This document shows positions 1 through 7,720 of a stretch of 50,591 nt of DNA, piece after piece. This stretch comes from a virus (lineage: Duplodnaviria; Caudoviricetes): positions 1-50,591 of the IMG/VR virus record IMGVR_UViG_3300010281_000001; one strand, written 5' to 3'. Position 1 is the stretch's first letter. Every line of letters begins with the position of its first letter. The notes below the pieces were generated by a model, which did not search any database, was not told the origin of the DNA, and saw nothing but the letters and a program-made list of their open reading frames with translations. The position numbers were made by a program, and so were the translations under genes.

Positions 1-21
1 AAAACCATATAATTAGCTTTA

Positions 22-381
22 TTGTTTTCAATAGATAGTATTGATTCCATGATTAATTCTTCAACCAATACTAAATTACACCGCTTTAATTACATGGAGA
101 GGGGGCTTGGTTGTATTAAAATGGGTGATTTAGTTAGAATTCATGTAAATGATTTAGATAATAAAAGTATTATTAATATAATAGAAAATAATAAGCTATT
201 TCTATTTTGTAGAGAATACTTAGAAGATGACTTTAATGTTTACTGTACAAAAGGTACACTTTATCCTGTAATAGATTTTACTGAAAACTCATGGCTTATT
301 CAAGGCGATATCTGTTTTGTAGAAGTAGAAAAAACGGATCCAGAATTTGTACTGGTAGTGTTTGAGGGAGGTGAAAACTAG
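22..381 (+). CDS. hypothetical phage protein (true start may be downstream, e.g. ATG 121)
   Basis: ORF track; purine-rich GGAGAGGGGG at about 96-105; no recognisable motif. Confidence 0.55.
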   Translation: MFSIDSIDSMINSSTNTKLHRFNYMERGLGCIKMGDLVRIHVNDLDNKSIINIIENNKLFLFCREYLEDDFNVYCTKGTLYPVIDFTENSWLIQGDICFVEVEKTDPEFVLVVFEGGEN

Positions 382-534
382 ATGGAGATTAAACATGGTA
401 ATGATAAGACAGAAGAATTGAAGAAGAAAGGCATCCTCAGGGAAAAAAGTAATATAACTGAATATAATATGAAGAAAGAGACACCAATGGTAATGAATGA
501 AGCGATGTTTTACCATACCTTTATGAGAGGTTGA
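382..534 (+). CDS. small hypothetical protein, 50 aa (MEIKHGNDKTEELKKKG...FMRG), not in ORF track
   Basis: ATG directly after the previous TAG, SD GGAGGTGA about 367-374, open to TGA 532-534, followed by a terminator. Confidence 0.55.
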   Translation: MEIKHGNDKTEELKKKGILREKSNITEYNMKKETPMVMNEAMFYHTFMRG

Positions 535-561
535 GGTCGTTGCTAATTCAACGGTGTTGAA

Positions 562-593
562 TAAAAAAAGTAGCCCCTGTAAAGGGGCTTTTC
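562..593. terminator. bidirectional intrinsic terminator
   Basis: A-run, AGCCCCT-GTAA-AGGGGCT hairpin, T-run; lies between converging + ORFs and - strand tRNAs. Confidence 0.75.
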
Positions 594-641
594 TAATTTA
601 AAAAGGTGATATAATGTTTATTAATTGGTAAAAGTTTATAA

Positions 642-718
642 TGGCGGGGAGTGAAGGATTTGAACCTTCGACCTTTTGGTTAACAGCCAAATGCTCTGCC
701 TAACTGAGCTAACCCCCA
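642..718 (-). tRNA. tRNA-Asn(GTT), CCA encoded, U1-C72 mismatch
   Basis: Reverse complement folds as a cloverleaf: D arm GCTC/GAGC, anticodon arm TTTGG-CTGTTAA-CCAAA, T arm GAAGG-TTCAAAT-CCTTC, 3' GCCA. Confidence 0.93.
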
Positions 719-722
719 CGTT

Positions 723-798
723 TGGCAGAGGCGGTAGGAATCGAACCTACGCTTCCGGTTTTGGAGACCGGTGTTCTACCAGTGAACTACCCAACCCT
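723..798 (-). tRNA. tRNA-Trp(CCA) with abnormal acceptor 5' strand (possibly a pseudo-tRNA)
   Basis: D arm GTTC/GAAC, anticodon arm CCGGT-CTCCAAA-ACCGG, T arm GTAGG-TTCGATT-CCTAC, 3' CGCCTCT-G-CCA; 5' strand AGGGTTGGG pairs poorly. Confidence 0.8.
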
Positions 799-833
799 AT
801 AGAGGGTGGAGCTTGTAAAAGCTCAAGTTGACT
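782..833 (-). mobile_element. isolated IS200/IS605-type end hairpin overlapping the tRNA-Trp 5' end
   Basis: Minus strand AAGCTCCACCCTCTATAGGGTTGGGTAGTTCAC matches the right ends at 1253 and 16895 (AAGC..CTATA..GGTAGTTCAC); the plus-strand read resembles the 5' part of IscB-type omegaRNA scaffolds (from recall). Confidence 0.7.
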
Positions 834-1068
834 ATAAAATTTCTCTTACACCTAAAAAGTCATTGCTTTGATATATAATATAATCTTTATTTAACGCTGC
901 ATCTTTTAATGTTTGCCAATATTGTCTATGTTCGTTATTATCAGTACTCATAAATTTTGTACACATATTTATATATCTTTGCAAAGCAATTTTTTCATTT
1001 GGTGCGTATACTCTGTATATTTTGTATTGATTAGGTAGTTGAATTATTAATATATACTCATTATCCAA
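832..1068 (-). CDS. hypothetical protein, 78 aa
   Basis: TTG start with SD GGGAGG (plus strand cctccc 1076-1081); co-oriented with the tRNAs. Confidence 0.65.
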   Translation of the reverse strand: MDNEYILIIQLPNQYKIYRVYAPNEKIALQRYINMCTKFMSTDNNEHRQYWQTLKDAALNKDYIIYQSNDFLGVREIL

Positions 1069-1252
1069 ATTACTACCTCCCTGCTACTATCCATATTGGT
1101 AGTTTTTTGCCTCTATGTACCCCACCCGAAAGGGGGAGAACGGGTGGGAGATGTTTTTAATGTGGCTACTCAGCCTTGAGGAAAACTAATAGCCAATTCA
1201 ATCAATGCTAGAACCTTAATCAAGGATTTTATCTAGCTTTTAGCCTTATTGT

Positions 1253-1357
1253 GTGAACTACCTCCACCTATAGAGGTGGTGGCTTCGTGGTCAATGCTCC
1301 AATCGGAGCAAGTTTACCCACGCTCAAAGGGCTGTTCCATCCCCGAATATGCCAATT
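1253..1357 (-). ncRNA. TnpB omegaRNA scaffold; predicted guide ACAATAAGGCTAAAAGCTAG (1252-1233)
   Basis: Similar to the region 3' of the intact tnpB (16791-16895). Confidence 0.75.
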
Positions 1358-1450
1358 ATATGGCTAACTTTAGTAATTTGTTTTTCACTACTTTTTTAGC
1401 GACATTCATCTCCCACTTATAGAAGATGGGAGACTTCTGTTGTTAATTAA
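1253..1450 (-). mobile_element. non-autonomous IS200/IS605 mini-element: left end, last tnpB codons, complete omegaRNA/right end
   Basis: Minus strand shows the LE hairpin CTCCCATCTTCTATAAGTGGGAG (as at 15611 and 50343), codons KLLKLAI-stop like the tnpB end at 16790, the scaffold TATTCGGGGATGGAACAGCCCTTTGAGC identical to 16799-16826, and a GGTAGTTCAC end. Confidence 0.9.
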
Positions 1451-1480
1451 GTTAAAAAATCAATTTTTTATATTTCCATA

Positions 1481-1583
1481 ATTAACATACGAAGTAAAAA
1501 CTAAAAATGAATATTTAATCCGTATAATTTTTTTCTTATTCCTAATTTCTCATCATTAATATACGGTTCTTACCTAAAAATAA
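1481..1583 (-). promoter_or_regulatory. two tandem leftward promoter-like motifs TYATTT-N12/13-CGTATRTTAA
   Basis: Plus strand attaacatacg 1481-1491 and attaatatacg 1555-1565 with similar flanks; a third copy in + orientation at 4972-4999. Confidence 0.5.
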
Positions 1584-1592
1584 ATATCTAAA

Positions 1593-1623
1593 TGTTAAAT
1601 TTTTTCATTTTCTCCCTAAACTA
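1593..1623 (+). promoter_or_regulatory. putative phage late promoter (terS)
   Basis: TGTTA-N17-CCTAAACTA; motif found six times in the window. Confidence 0.65.
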
Positions 1624-1646
1624 CCCTACGGAAAGGATGTGATAAG

Positions 1647-2213
1647 GTGCAATCAAGTAGAAACGTTTCTAAAATAATCCAGTATAACCTTGAGCAAGAC
1701 ACTATAAATCTAAGACAAGCGGGATTATCTTATCAAAGGATTGCAGAAGAATTAAACGCATCAGGTAAAGTACCTGAAGATGATCAAATAAATGCAGAGA
1801 TAGTAAGGAGATTTCTTGAACATATACCTGAAGTTAGTAGAGAAATGGTGAGGAGAGATAAGAAGAAAGTATTAGCTGTTGTTAATAACAATATAGATAT
1901 AATTTCTGAAATGACTGTTTTGTATGGGAAAACTGCTAAGTTGCTAGAGACTATGGAAGAACGGGCAAATGAAGAGGGTACGGTAATAGATCCCCATAAA
2001 TTCAAGGCACTTTCCTCAGAAATGAGGGAAATGTTGAAGATGATGATAGAGATACAAAAAGAAATAAATGATTACGAAAACATCAAAAAATTCATGGAAA
2101 TTGTTATGGAAACAGTTTCAGAAGAATGTCCTCAATCAATACCTAGAATCATTGAAAAATTAAGAATGTCCAAAGAGACTAGATGGATAGGTCAATCATT
2201 TGGTAATAGATAG
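1647..2213 (+). CDS. terS: terminase small subunit
   Basis: N-terminal HTH (LRQAGLSYQRIAEELN), helical body, directly upstream of terL. Confidence 0.75.
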   Translation: MQSSRNVSKIIQYNLEQDTINLRQAGLSYQRIAEELNASGKVPEDDQINAEIVRRFLEHIPEVSREMVRRDKKKVLAVVNNNIDIISEMTVLYGKTAKLLETMEERANEEGTVIDPHKFKALSSEMREMLKMMIEIQKEINDYENIKKFMEIVMETVSEECPQSIPRIIEKLRMSKETRWIGQSFGNR

Positions 2214-2224
2214 GGAGGGATTGT

Positions 2225-3937
2225 ATGGACTTATTTCAGGAATTTATAAGTTTAGCGGAAAGTAAACTAGAAACTACAGGTATTTGGAGAGAGGAACCAG
2301 TGGATTTATTAACCTTCTTCACCTCCCCCGACTTTTTAGGTGAGAAACCTTATCCGGGAAAGCAGACTGAGCTACTAGAAATAGTTAATAGTATTGTACA
2401 ATATAAAATAATAGGTAACGAAGATATGTGTCCAGAAGATTTAAAGAGTGTCACAGAGTTATGCGTATTATTCGGTAAAGGTAGTGGGAAGGACTTCCTA
2501 GCTTCAGCTATCTTAACTTATATGTGCTATGTACTTTTATGTTTAAATGATCCTCATAAATTTTTTGGATTTGGAAAGGACACACCTATAGACTTAATTA
2601 ACATGGCCATAAACGCTTACCAAGCTAATAACGTGTTCTTTTCTGAATTTAAGGCTAAGTTAAATAACTGTAAATGGTTTAAGAGAGTTAATTATAATCC
2701 CTCTCAAACACCTGAAGCCTCCCACCGAGACTTCCAATTAACTAAAAATCAAGTGAGATTTTATAAAAATATTACTGCTCACTCTGCACATTCAGAAGCG
2801 GATTCATTCGAGGGGTTTAATCCCCTAGTAATAATTTTTGATGAAATTGATGGATTTGAACCCGAAGCAGCTGAAAAAGCCTATACAACATTAAGATCTT
2901 CGGCAGTAACCAGGTTCGGGGAGAAAGTTCTTTTAATATTCATCAGTTTCCCAAGAAATTCCGATGGATTTATGCTTAAAAAATACAAAGAATCTTCTGA
3001 AAATCCACAAGTATATGCAATAAAAGGTAAATCATGGGAAGTAAATCCAACAATAACAAGAGAAAGCTTACAAATGGAATATGATAGAGATCCTGAGAAG
3101 GCACGAATGTTGTATGAGTGTGAACCTCCATTATATTCTCAAGCACTGTTCCAATTCCCTGAAAAGATTGATGAAGTGATTATGTTAGGTAAAAAAGCAC
3201 AATGTAGTGGTCTTATTATAGAGGAGACTATTTCAACAAGAACTTTAAAAAACGGGGAACAAAGGCATTTTATTGGCTTAAAACTTCACAATTTAGTGCT
3301 AGATCCCTCATTTACCTATTATCTAGGTGGAGATGGGGGAGTATCTTCAGATAGTTATGTGATTTGTCTAATGCACGGGGAACCTACTGTTATAGAAATA
3401 ATTGAAAATGGAGAGAAAGTTCAAAAATGGGTTAATAAACCTGTAGAAGATTTATTATTAGAGTGGAAACCATCTAAAAAAGATAGGTTGCCTGTTGATT
3501 TATTGAATGTAGCAGATATTTTAGAACAAATATGTCAACAAGTTTATGTTAAAAAAGCCTTGTTTGATAAATTCAACTCAGCAGATGTAGTTCAAAGACT
3601 AATGTCTTATGGAGTAGAAGCCGAAGATAAAAACTTTTCTAACCCATTTCAAGTACAGATTTATCAGAATTTAAAGGGATTAGTCTATACAGGAAATATA
3701 GCATTACTAGATCATGAAGTAGAAGAAAAATATGGTGAAAAAAGGCTAAATGCAAATGAAGAACTGAAAGCAATTAAACTTATAAATGGAGCTAAAATAG
3801 ATCATGACAAAGATAAATCTAAGGACTATAGTGACGCTAGAGCTGCTGCCGCATGGATTTGTTCTATGGATGATCCTGAAGAGACTGAACATTTTGCTAT
3901 GCCTTTAATCTTTGGTGCGGGGGGAAGGAGGAGATGA
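2225..3937 (+). CDS. terL: terminase large subunit
   Basis: Walker A-like GKGSGKD, Walker B IIFDEID, C-terminal nuclease acidic motifs (GGDGG..SDS, FDKFNS, SKDYSDA). Confidence 0.9.
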   Translation: MDLFQEFISLAESKLETTGIWREEPVDLLTFFTSPDFLGEKPYPGKQTELLEIVNSIVQYKIIGNEDMCPEDLKSVTELCVLFGKGSGKDFLASAILTYMCYVLLCLNDPHKFFGFGKDTPIDLINMAINAYQANNVFFSEFKAKLNNCKWFKRVNYNPSQTPEASHRDFQLTKNQVRFYKNITAHSAHSEADSFEGFNPLVIIFDEIDGFEPEAAEKAYTTLRSSAVTRFGEKVLLIFISFPRNSDGFMLKKYKESSENPQVYAIKGKSWEVNPTITRESLQMEYDRDPEKARMLYECEPPLYSQALFQFPEKIDEVIMLGKKAQCSGLIIEETISTRTLKNGEQRHFIGLKLHNLVLDPSFTYYLGGDGGVSSDSYVICLMHGEPTVIEIIENGEKVQKWVNKPVEDLLLEWKPSKKDRLPVDLLNVADILEQICQQVYVKKALFDKFNSADVVQRLMSYGVEAEDKNFSNPFQVQIYQNLKGLVYTGNIALLDHEVEEKYGEKRLNANEELKAIKLINGAKIDHDKDKSKDYSDARAAAAWICSMDDPEETEHFAMPLIFGAGGRRR

Positions 3938-4926
3938 TATACGAAAGAAGAAAAAACGAAAGTCTAATGGATTATGAAGAAAGATTATATAGAAATCAAA
4001 AAAGGTATAAGATATCATGGCAGAAAATAACTAAACTTCTTAATTTAGATCAACACCCCGACACCACCCGAAAGGCCAGTTATGGGTATCTTAGGCGGGT
4101 AGACCAAGAACGAGAAAATAAATTTGATAAATCTATACTAATTATAAATGACTTACACCTGCCCTTTGAGAGAAAAGACATTCTGGATATAGTAAACAAA
4201 CATAAAAATGAAATTACAACCCTTGTAATTGGCGGAGATTTAATGGATTGTAAATCTATATCAAAATTTCATCAAATTAAGACATTAACAGTTGAAGAAG
4301 AATTAATTTATGCCTACAACTTCCTTAAAGAGCTTAGGAAAATACTTGATAAAGGCCAAGATATAATTATTATTGATGGAAACCATGAGGAACGATGGTA
4401 TAAAGATATATGTGATATGCAGCAAAAAGATATGCAAAAATTTATAAATCCTAGCTTAATAGATATGATTGTTGAAGGATTTACCCTATATTATGAAGGG
4501 AGTAAGAAGAGATATGAAGGTATAAAGGGAATTATCTATATCCCACACTGGTTTGTTAATATAAATCAAAAAGTAATAGTCTGCCACCCTAAAAACTTCT
4601 CGTCAGTTAAAGGTAAAATGTTAGAAAATAGTGTTCAACACTTCATTAATCGAGGGGAGAAATTTGATGTACTAGTAATTGCACACACTCATAAATATAG
4701 TAACGGTATAGTAGATAGGTATCAAGGAAAATTTGCTATAGAAAATGGATGTATGTGTCTACCTCAATCATACGCAGATAATGGAAAATTAAACTATACC
4801 CCTCAGGCATACTGCTACACTATCATTAAGTATAATGATAATGAACCTGTTAATTATAATAACATAAAAACCTATTTCTTAGATGAATATGTGGATAAAG
4901 GAAAAGAATATCAAATTAAAATCTAA
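3934..4926 (+). CDS. calcineurin-like metallophosphoesterase with N-terminal helical extension
   Basis: Motifs DLH, GGDLMD, GNHE, CHP, AHTH; ATGA overlap with terL. Confidence 0.85.
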   Translation: MIYERRKNESLMDYEERLYRNQKRYKISWQKITKLLNLDQHPDTTRKASYGYLRRVDQERENKFDKSILIINDLHLPFERKDILDIVNKHKNEITTLVIGGDLMDCKSISKFHQIKTLTVEEELIYAYNFLKELRKILDKGQDIIIIDGNHEERWYKDICDMQQKDMQKFINPSLIDMIVEGFTLYYEGSKKRYEGIKGIIYIPHWFVNINQKVIVCHPKNFSSVKGKMLENSVQHFINRGEKFDVLVIAHTHKYSNGIVDRYQGKFAIENGCMCLPQSYADNGKLNYTPQAYCYTIIKYNDNEPVNYNNIKTYFLDEYVDKGKEYQIKI

Positions 4927-4959
4927 ATGCGTGGTACAGTAACCACGCATTTATTATTT
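4925..4959 (+). terminator. intrinsic terminator
   Basis: AAATGCGTGGT/ACCACGCATTT stem followed by a T-rich tail. Confidence 0.8.
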
Positions 4960-5008
4960 ATGTAGTTTTACTTATTTACAGTATTAATTCGTATATTAAA
5001 TATACCAA

Positions 5009-5039
5009 CGATACCTTTTGATTTTGAATACCTATACTA
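5009..5039 (+). promoter_or_regulatory. putative phage late promoter
   Basis: CGATA-N17-CCTATACTA, just after a terminator. Confidence 0.65.
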
Positions 5040-5089
5040 AATGACAGGTAAGCAAGATTATTTACTAAATAATTTAATGAACAGATAAA

Positions 5090-5178
5090 AATTGGTGGGA
5101 CAGAGGAAGTGCACACCTTTGCCTGAAACCCACATGAGTAAGGCTAACCACCAATTAAAAATTAACCTATGTGGGAGG
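5090..5178 (+). promoter_or_regulatory. structured 5' leader with an alternative anti-SD pairing
   Basis: AATTGGTGG 5090-5098 pairs with CCACCAATT 5148-5156; CCCACAT 5129-5135 can pair with ATGTGGG 5169-5175, which overlaps SD GGAGG. Confidence 0.5.
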
Positions 5179-5185
5179 TAATATA

Positions 5186-6208
5186 GTGAATGATAAAAAA
5201 TTAAAAAGAGTTGTAATTAAAGAGGAACTAGTAGCCTTAACAGGTGATATTTATAAAGCTATTATATTAAATCAATTCATTTATTGGTCCGAACGTATAG
5301 CTGATGTAGATAAATTTATTGAAGAAGAGTCTAAAAGATTACTAGTTGAGAAAGGAATTGAATCAACAATAGAAAAACAACATGGATGGATATACAAAAA
5401 AGCAGAAGAATTATCAAGAGAGACAATGCTAGGATTAGCTCCATCTAATATAAGAAAACATATTCAAGCTTTAGTAGATAATGGATGGCTAGATCAAAGA
5501 AGAAACCCTAAATATAAATGGGATAAAACTTATCAATATAGGCCTAATATAGTTAAGATTCAAAAAGACCTTCATTTATTGGGTTATTCCCTAGAAGGTT
5601 ATCCATTACAACTAGATAATGAAATATTAGATAAGCTCTGTAACATTGATAATTCTCGAATTTCTGTTTTAGAAATAGGGAATTGCGAAACAGAAATTCA
5701 TAACCAACAAAACGAAAAAGCAATACCAGAGATTAATAAAAAGATTACATCTAAAGATAAGAGATATATAGGCGATGGGCAAACAAATGTTCTAAATACA
5801 GTTGAGAATAGTAGCTCTTTAGATAAAGAAAAAGAAATTTTAACTATAGATAAAGAAGCTTTAGAATTTTATAAATTATTACCTCGACAAGATGGAGATA
5901 TAGTTGAATTTATTTTAGAGTATAGGAAATTACGATCTAAATATTCTAAGGAGTATTTAGAGTTGATTATAGATAGATACAAAAAATCTAAGGAGTTGAA
6001 AGGTGAGAATGTATATCATAGACCAGAAAATTTCTTTAAATATGGTGAGTATAAAAAGTATTTAGATGAAAATTGGGATTCAACGTTAGAAGAGTGTAGG
6101 AAAATGGCTCAAAATAAACATTTTAATCGGTCTAGTAATAAAATAGGTTCAAACGAACCTCAAGTTACAGATGAATGGGATAAACAATTAAAAGATTTAG
6201 GTTGGTAA
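5186..6208 (+). CDS. replication initiator / replisome-organiser-like winged-helix protein
   Basis: N-terminus IILNQFIYW..GWIYKKAEELS..TML..IRKHIQALVDNGWL..R.NPKYKWDKT.QYR typical of Firmicute phage Rep proteins; C-terminal RPENFF..Y..YL; GTG 5186 follows SD GGAGG (ORF track starts at 5171). Confidence 0.7.
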   Translation: MNDKKLKRVVIKEELVALTGDIYKAIILNQFIYWSERIADVDKFIEEESKRLLVEKGIESTIEKQHGWIYKKAEELSRETMLGLAPSNIRKHIQALVDNGWLDQRRNPKYKWDKTYQYRPNIVKIQKDLHLLGYSLEGYPLQLDNEILDKLCNIDNSRISVLEIGNCETEIHNQQNEKAIPEINKKITSKDKRYIGDGQTNVLNTVENSSSLDKEKEILTIDKEALEFYKLLPRQDGDIVEFILEYRKLRSKYSKEYLELIIDRYKKSKELKGENVYHRPENFFKYGEYKKYLDENWDSTLEECRKMAQNKHFNRSSNKIGSNEPQVTDEWDKQLKDLGW

Positions 6209-6221
6209 CGGAGGTGAGTAA

Positions 6222-7688
6222 ATGGGAGTATTAGAAACAGCAAAAAAGGTATTTATGCCTTTTAGATATAAAAAAGGTACTATTGCTACTAGTAACACAC
6301 CAGATTATGAATCTGTTAGTGATTTTGGTGGTTCTAGAACTACCCTCCCTAAATTTGTTCAAGGTGGGGGCGGTGCGTTCGGGGCGTTGCCTAAAAAGAC
6401 ACAGAGAGATTTACAGCTAGATGATACATCCTTAGCTAATATGAGTGTCGAGGATTTAATAGATACATTAATAGACGCTCATCCTGATGTATCTTTTGCG
6501 GTTTGGAATTTTATGAGGCTTGGTAATAGTGGATATACAATAAAGGTTGAAAATCTAGAGGATAATGAGATATACGAAGAGGGGCAGATAGAAATTAATA
6601 ATCTAATAAAGAGACTTTCACAGCCTAATATTGAGTATTTCCAAATATCTAGAGATTTTGATAAAGTTGTAAATCAGTTAATGCTGTCTATTATTACGAG
6701 AGGGGCTTGTGCTTTAGAGTTGGTTTTAACTCCTAATTATGATGATGTAGCTTTTATTGCTCCAGTAGATCCTGCTACAGTAGACTTTAAATTTGAGAAT
6801 GATAGGTATGTTCCCTATCAAGATGAAGAAACCTTATCTTTAGATATTCCAACTTTCTTCTATGATGGGTTAGATGAGTTAATTGATAGTCCTTATGGTC
6901 GTTCTCCAATACTAGGTGCATTAAATACTGTAATATTTCAATTGCAGGTTCTAAATGACATCAAACAGGTAGTGCATAATCAAGGTTATCCTAGGTTTGA
7001 CATTACTATAATAGAAGAAGTCTTGCTAAAAAGGATGCCTATTCATATTAGAAATAATGAAGAAAAGAAGCAAAAATGGTTAAACGAGAAGTTACAGGAG
7101 ATTATTGATATGTATAACAATTTAGAGCCTGATGACAGTTTCGTACATTATGATTCAGTTGAAATTGGAATGGCTGGTGGAGATCAGAAAGGTGGGGCAG
7201 TAATAGATCCTGAGAAATTAATGAATGTAATAGATCATCATATAATGGCTGGATTGAAAACATTATCGACTATTTTAGGTAGAAGATCTACAGGGAATAC
7301 AGAATCTTTTGCGAAAATGGAGATCAAATTGTATATAAAAGGTGTTGAAGCCATTCAAAAGACTGTTGAAAGAATACTTAGTAGAGCATTAACTCTAACA
7401 TTAAATATAAAAGGTATGCAAGGTGTAGTTTACTTTAAATTCAATCCAATAGAGATTAGAACGAGTATGGAAACCGCACAGTTTGAACAAGTACATTTAT
7501 TGAATTGTCAGTTTAAACGTGATCAAGGATGGATTAGTCAGGAAGAAGCATCAATGATGGCAGTAGGACATGGTCCTGTAGCTGATGGTCCAATAAATAA
7601 CGATACACCTAAGAATTCAGATGGTGGTCCGATAAAAGGTACACCTGATGAGAAATCTACAGATGCAACCGATGTAGCAGATGAATAA
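6222..7688 (+). CDS. portal protein
   Basis: Size and position; SPYGRSPI motif; WISQEEA near the C-terminus. Confidence 0.85.
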   Translation: MGVLETAKKVFMPFRYKKGTIATSNTPDYESVSDFGGSRTTLPKFVQGGGGAFGALPKKTQRDLQLDDTSLANMSVEDLIDTLIDAHPDVSFAVWNFMRLGNSGYTIKVENLEDNEIYEEGQIEINNLIKRLSQPNIEYFQISRDFDKVVNQLMLSIITRGACALELVLTPNYDDVAFIAPVDPATVDFKFENDRYVPYQDEETLSLDIPTFFYDGLDELIDSPYGRSPILGALNTVIFQLQVLNDIKQVVHNQGYPRFDITIIEEVLLKRMPIHIRNNEEKKQKWLNEKLQEIIDMYNNLEPDDSFVHYDSVEIGMAGGDQKGGAVIDPEKLMNVIDHHIMAGLKTLSTILGRRSTGNTESFAKMEIKLYIKGVEAIQKTVERILSRALTLTLNIKGMQGVVYFKFNPIEIRTSMETAQFEQVHLLNCQFKRDQGWISQEEASMMAVGHGPVADGPINNDTPKNSDGGPIKGTPDEKSTDATDVADE

Positions 7689-7720
7689 TTAATATTTAAG
7701 GTTGAAAGGGGAGGATTGAA

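Noticed and set aside
1100-1250. Hammerhead ribozyme or known riboswitch
   Set aside because: No CUGANGA core on either strand and no riboswitch consensus I recognise; kept only as unexplained structure
782-1450. Composite transposon carrying the 78-aa ORF between two right ends, inserted into tRNA-Trp
   Set aside because: The missing tRNA 5' strand is not found beyond the left end at 1451, so one insertion event does not explain the arrangement
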